From Squalus acanthias (lineage: Eukaryota), in the NCBI GenBank assembly GCA_030390025.1, contig CM059432.1, positions 13,454,001-13,518,000 of the forward strand: DNA of 64,000 nucleotides. The letters run 5' to 3'. The notes beneath the pieces are model-generated. The model did not search any database. It had not been told where the DNA came from and saw only the letters and a list, made by a program, of their open reading frames with translations. Below are positions 57,847 to 64,000 of this stretch, in pieces (within the stretch, counting starts at the first letter, position 1; every line of letters begins with the position of its first letter). A program made the position numbers and the translations under genes.

Positions 57847-60590
57847 AATGGGCTGACGTTCTTCGCACCATTGGACTGATCAAACTTTAAGTCACTGATG
57901 AGTGCTTTAAATGTGTGTGTCAGCTGGAATGTACTGGGTGAGTGCTCCAGAATACGGCGAGATATCTGTTCTGTAGACTGAACGATGGGGTTTTGCGAAT
58001 GTGGTGACCTGCCTAGTGGCCCTTGATTACACTGAGATTCAGTTTAGACCATTACTAGTCGTGTGGCCGTGACTTTTGTTTTTCGTATTTTGACCACTGA
58101 AAATTTCTCAGAGGATCTTACCACCGAAGCCTTAAACTCCTGTATTCTAAAACTAACAAACTTGAACACCTGGAGCCGCCTTAATGGAGGAGGGATTATC
58201 CATTTCGGACCTAATCATTCCTTCCAGAAAAAGTTAAAAAGAATGTTACTGACAATTCTTGTCTATAAGCAACAATTAACTGCATTTGCAAAGAATAAGA
58301 ACTAGTAAAGTTAACGTGTATTTATCTTAATGCTGTACAAGAAGTTTCATGTACTGATTCAGAAAAGTTCTTTTTCAACTGTGCTAGTTATGTAAAGGGG
58401 TTTTACCTAAAATGGATTAGTTATACCTCATTTAGTTTGAACATGGACAGTGGAGTTGCTTTGGGTCATTGAAGCTACCCCATTCATACTACAGCAAATT
58501 TCAGTCTAGCGGGTATGCAAAATGGCTGCCACTGTTCCGCTTTGACTCCCTTCTTTACCCAACTCATTCATCCCTTCCTGTGGGTTTTGTTCTACCTACC
58601 TTGGCTGTTGCACAGGAATTGACAGAAGAAATATGGAAGGTAAAGGAAAAAGAAAAACACACATACGACATGCTCGTGTTTTTTTTTTTTTACAAATTCC
58701 TCATAACTACTCAGAGGCGATAATCTGCTGTGTAAGGGGTAGTGGTAGCTGTTTTTTTATAGTTGTGTGCGCCCTGCCAAATTGATCTAGATTTCATACC
58801 TCAGGCTGAGATGGATCTGATTAAATTCAGATGTATGGAATTTTGCACTGTTTGGTGTGAAAATCAGGTGTCAGATCTATCTAAATTTACATACAAATCT
58901 GACTCCCCTTGTAAATCAAACAAGGTATCTCACTCACTCTACATATAAACAGGATTATCCACCATATTGCTTGGGATGGGGGGGGGCGGGGAAAGAGAGG
59001 CTGGATAATTAGCATGGGACAGCTGGCCTTCAAAGATCTTTGTCATGTGAGGCCATTTTGATCACCTGACTTTCTACCATTTATAAGGCCTTGTTCTTCT
59101 GAGTTCACACTCCCACCATCATGTTCAAGCTGATGGTCTTTGTGCCTTAGTGGCAGCCTACCAAGGTCTGTCTCAGTTAACTTAGTTCTTTGACCGCTGG
59201 TCATTGTCTGTTCGGTTTTAAAGCCTGCAATGAATATCATGGATGGCTTCCAATAACTAGCATGTGTGGCACCTGTCTTCCATCATTGCATGTATGTCTT
59301 TTCACAGTTTCAGGCCTGTTTTAAATTCAACATAATTAAACCATCATATTGATTGAAAGGTTATCCTGGCTACAAGCTGTAGATGGGACGATAGATTCTC
59401 GTCAGACCGGGAAATTAGACCATTGGTTAAACAAGTTTCTGAAGAGAGAGTGGCAAATTATGCAGTGGATTTTGTCATTTTGAACTACTCCTTGGTGAAG
59501 TGGGAGCTGAATTCTACTTGTACAGTGGCCATCTCGAGCTATCATATGGCAGGTTCTCTAGCATCTACCTGAAGAATTGACATGTTTACCCCCCCCCCCC
59601 CCCCCCCCCCCCCAGCATTACTGTTATGACCTGAAAGTGTAATATGGTAAGTGATCTGGCATTGCTGTGCTCCAGATCAGCCTACAGTTGTAAGTCTTCA
59701 GAGTTCCACTGTCAGTACTGGCACTAGTGGTGTATTTCTGTTTGTGGAGGTTGGATATATAAAGACAAATGATGGATTACCTCTGGTCTCCCTTATTCTT
59801 TGGAAGAAGTTCAACCTCCACCTATAAATCTCCTACCTGGCCTACCCAGTCTCTCTCTTTCTTTAACCTCATGTTGATTATGCTGCTTAGTTTCTGTTTC
59901 TGGGTCTTGCCACATTTTAGTTAATGAAGTCTCCTTGCTGTCTCGGACAAACAGATCTCATTCCAGGCAATAGTTTTGTATGTATGGCAGAGCAGGGAGT
60001 GTTTACCTGGTTAACTCCACACCATTAACAATCTTATTTAGACTAGTTGACTTGCTTCCCCCCCCCCCCCCCCCCCTCCCCCTTTCCACCACCAAGATAA
60101 AATGAGAGATGATCCATTGCATATGTGGACTTTGGACTTTTTTCAGAAAATGAGGTGTTGCCTATGGCAGGTAATCTAATATTACATGCTGCAAAGTGCA
60201 GAAAAACGGTCAGATTTCTGTGTGAGTTTAAATGTGTGCAGTGGGAACTCTCTTAAGGGCTCAGGCTCAGCACTAACACTACAAAGTAGTCAAATGATTT
60301 TAAAGTACAGCACATTTCTGTGTTTGTTATGCAGAATTCTGCTGTGTCTGTTTCATGCTGGTCATGTCCTGCGGAGTAAGTTTGAATTGGAATAGCACAC
60401 TAGCTTTAAGTCTGAAAATTCAGGTATTTTAACTTTTTATCATGATCGGCTGAATGCTGCACCTTTTTTTATATGTACATATCTGTGAGCACTCTGAGTG
60501 CCCGTTGTTGATCATGTCATAAAAAGCAGTTGTGATACAAGTTGTTCTGTACTTGTCCAAATAAAAATAAATATGCAACTATATTTCTTC
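57847..60590 (+). other. PPP4R1: Putative PPP4R1 3' UTR (about 2.7 kb)
   Basis: Follows the stop codon, has no TE I can recognise (unlike the introns), and ends at tandem AATAAA. The end point is inferred. Confidence 0.6.
60560..60571 (+). terminator. Tandem polyadenylation signals AATAAA-AATAAA
   Basis: AATAAA at 60560-60565 and 60566-60571, TGTA at 60548-60551 upstream, T-rich sequence downstream. Confidence 0.7.
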
Positions 60591-61443
60591 CTGTACAGAG
60601 CTTACTGCTATTCAAGTTTTATTTCAAGTATGTTATTTTGAATCTTCTCCATAGAGATGAACGCAAGCAAACCATCTGGGATTTTGTTACCTATCTGGCA
60701 ACTCAAATTTAGTACATGTTGGTCAGTGGTCACTGTCGAGGCTCGAGCTCCTGATTGTGAAACTAGTGCTGAGTTTGAGCATTAGTGGAATTAGTGGATT
60801 CCAGTTGGGGTGGGGTATCATCCGCATAATGCTGATTCATCTGAGGTTGGGTTTAAGGTGTGTTGGGCATGTAACCTGCACTATCGCTAAGCCAGGTGTA
60901 CTGGTGATACCACTGGATGTAACAAGACGACCTATTGTTAAGCCCTGATATGACTCAATTTGATGTGGATGAAAATCTAACCACCACCGCACTCCAAACA
61001 AAAAAAAAGGTGCCAAAGCAATAGTTTGTGGTTTGCTATAGCCCTTCAGATTGTACCAGTGATCAATGAGCTCCTGCAAAATGTAAAAATAAAAACTGAG
61101 GTGCATCCACTTATGTACCGTTTCTGGTATCAAGGTAATATTCTTTTAACCATAGAAGTGCACAATACAAAGTGGCATTGATCCTGTTGTCTATGCTGGC
61201 TTTTTCCTGGAGCAACTGAAAATTAATCTTTTTTTCTGCTCTGTTCCCATTGATGTATCTTGCTCTCCTTCAATAATTTATCCTACCCAATGTAATAATG
61301 ACAACCTTTGTTGGTTTGGAGCAAAATATAATTTTGTTTTAAAGATTTTACATAATCTATGATGCAGAGAAAAAGACTACTTATGAAAGCCAGAAGAGCC
61401 CATGGGGAATGTTTAAACCGCTGATTTCTTATGCACGTTACAT

Positions 61444-62480
61444 CGGAACAGGAGTAGGCCATTCAGCCTCTGCCATTTAATTAAATTATGGCTGATCTGT
61501 ACCTCCACTCCATTTACCCACCTTTGATCCATATCCCTTGATATTTTTTCTAACAAAAATCTATCAATCTCGGTCTTCAAAATTTCAATTGACCCTGAAT
61601 TCACAATGTTTTGGGGAAGAGTGTTCCAGAAACCCACTCCTATAAATGGCCTAGCTCGAATTTTAAAATTGTGCCCCCTTATACTGGATTCTCCCAACAG
61701 AGGAAATAGTTTCTTTGTATCTACTCTTATCGAATCTCTTTAGCATTTTAAACACCTCAATTAGACCACTCCTCAATCTTTTAAACTCAAAGGAATGCAT
61801 GCCAAATTATGCAGCCTGTCCTCCATTTAACCCTTTTAGTCTTGGTATCATTCTGGTGGGTCTGCGCTGTACCCATCCAAGGCCAATATATCCTTCCTAA
61901 GGTGCGATGACAAAAACTGAACACAGTACTCGAGATGAAATCTACAAATGAGGTGTAACTTCCCCCCCCCCACCCCTCCTGTATTCCAGCCCCCTTGAGA
62001 TAAGGGCTAATGTTCAATTTTGTACCTGTGCATTAGCTTTTATAGATTTCTATACGATACCCAAATCACTTTTTTGCTCTGCAGTTCCTTGTCTCTTTCC
62101 ATTAAGAAGATACTCTGATTTTGTCTTTCTTGGATCTAGAGTAGATGGCCTCTGAGTTCTCAAAGTTGAACTCCATCTGCCATTGTTTTGCTCGTTCTTA
62201 ATCTTTCTTTGTCCATTTGTAACTTCCTGATTGCTGAGGCCCCAGTAAAGATACCTGGAGAATACCAGGTCACATCCTGCCAAACAGAGAATGTACCATT
62301 TATCACTACTCCTTGTCTCCTACCTCCCAATTAATTGCCAACCCATGTTACAAGCTTACCTCCAATTCCACGGACTTTTATTTTCACAAACTCTTGTGTG
62401 GAACATTACCAAATGCCTTCTGAAAGTCCATTATAGGCAACATCCAGTGACCTCAACAACTTCCAACTAGATTAGTCCGA
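61444..62480 (-). mobile_element. Decayed CR1 LINE downstream of PPP4R1
   Basis: ggaacaggagtaggccattcagcc tail and RGHNFKIRARPF peptide. Confidence 0.8.
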
Positions 62481-64000
62481 CATACTTTCATCTTGGACAT
62501 GTTTCCTAAGACAGACTATTGTCCACTCAATCAGTAAATTTGATTGTCTTTTTCAATTCTTCAACCAAGTCGGTGTTTACTGCACTAGGTGGCAGTGTTT
62601 CATAAGTCAGCCACTCGCAGCAGCAAGTTACTTATTTAATTTACCTTGTGGCTTTCTGAGCTTATGCGCTCTCTAAATTCTTGGTAATGACAATAGATCC
62701 AGATCGCTTGTGTTGTCTTATTGCAGTATCTTTAACATGTTATCCTCTGAATCTATTCCAGTGGTTCTGTCTTTAAGTACAGAGAAAGTATACAACAAGC
62801 TGTCAGTTTGCACCCACTTAGGATGATGCAGTGTTGCAAGTAAAAATGCATCTTTTCTGGGGAGCAACCTCCATGCACTGCTCTTTTTTATATAGTGACC
62901 CACAGAAAACAAAGGACAGGACTGACTCTCATATTTACATAACTAAAACTGGTTTCCTTATCCCAGTGATGCAATTCTTGAGGTACATTTTTATGGGTCT
63001 ACAATGCCATCAGTTCCTGGAATCTGGGCTTGTTTCTACTTTGGAATATCCTTGGCCTGGCTTTGTTATTAAAGGTAAATGCCTGACTTTTGAAGTGCAG
63101 CACTAATGGTGAACTTGCCCAATTTCCCTGGTTCCTTCTGACCCAGTGCTGGAAAGCAGCAGTGCTCCCAAAGTGTGCTACATCTTTTCAGGCCCAGCGG
63201 TGCTGTTATTTATAGTTCTGGACCTTTTAAATATGGCCTGAGGGATTCCATTGAGGGCCCATGCCCTGCTGAGGCCTAGTATTAGCAAAGGTTTAGGCAG
63301 TTTGCTGTGTTTCTGGCGACCAGCATCAGGGCCTCCTGGCTGCTGCCCTGAAGCCCAAAGATTAGGAGACGTGGAACATTGAAGTAAATAAAAGAACTGG
63401 CTTCCACGCACGGTGCGTGCTACGATCAGTCGCAAGCCAATTTCTCAGAGGCCTGAAACAGGTGGTAGGCTCCTAATTTGCATATGCATTGGGCCTAACT
63501 CCAATTTCAGGCAAGCGCCCTGGATGCCTCAGCCCAATAGGGTAAGCGGTGTAGTTCCAGCACCGAGTGAGTGCGCACACCGCCCTGCCATATTGGACCC
63601 TTTGGTTCCCATTTTATGCCTGTAAAATTAGTGCAGTGCAATCCAATTTCTAGGCCTAGACCTTTTTTAAATATGCTGAGTCTGTCTTCATTGTTCAGGT
63701 CTTGACATGAAGCGCAAGACATTATAAACAGCTGTTATTGATATTGTGATCTGTCACAAGTGCAGTGTTCAGTATCCGTCATCTATGCATGCATTGGGTT
63801 TCAGATGTAGAAGTAGGCCGACATGGAGGCTGCACTCCACATAAATATAGGAAAATAGCATGCTTGGGTTGCTATACAACGGTCTGCATATAATGTTAAG
63901 CCTGCCGAAGGTTGCTTTCTTTATCTTGTGTTCTAAAGACCTACTTATATATTTTATTTTACTTTACAGCTTGCAAGGGCTATGGATGGAATGAAAAGTT

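Noticed and set aside
63940..64000. Strong-looking + strand splice acceptor (ttttattttactttacag at 63969)
   Set aside because: Only 31 nt follow before the window ends and the peptide is not recognisable; cannot be supported.

Overview
Eukaryotic genomic DNA, very likely an elasmobranch (shark): it carries HE1/V-SINE-like and SacSINE1/DeuSINE-like SINEs and abundant CR1 LINEs. The window holds the 3' part of PPP4R1 (protein phosphatase 4 regulatory subunit 1, HEAT-repeat) on the + strand. I find 15 confidently spliced coding exons from 3104 ([10 protein letters not shown]...) to the stop at 57846 (...[10 protein letters not shown]), one candidate extra in-frame exon at 27051-27155, and an apparently TE-free 3' UTR of about 2.7 kb ending at a double AATAAA near 60560-60571. 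All junctions are GT-AG with consistent phase. The 5' exons lie upstream of the window. Introns are filled with nested, mostly decayed transposable elements: CR1, L2, RTE, a second CR1-group LINE, several SINEs, Penelope remnants, hAT, Tc1/mariner and Harbinger-type MITEs, and a solo LTR. Most short ORFs in the track are TE fragments or noise. I see no convincing new multi-gene system. The most interesting signals are at RNA level: a CR1 insertion that appears to supply the branch point of the terminal exon, an intact-looking minimal hammerhead ribozyme in an 88-bp Penelope insert, a 37-bp-stem intronic hairpin, an A-tailed chimeric insertion with a 17-bp TSD, layered inverted repeats around three exons (circRNA candidate), and LF-SINE-like elements. 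Family names and comparisons to human PPP4R1 come from recalled sequence, not from searches. TE boundaries are approximate unless a TSD or TIR is given.
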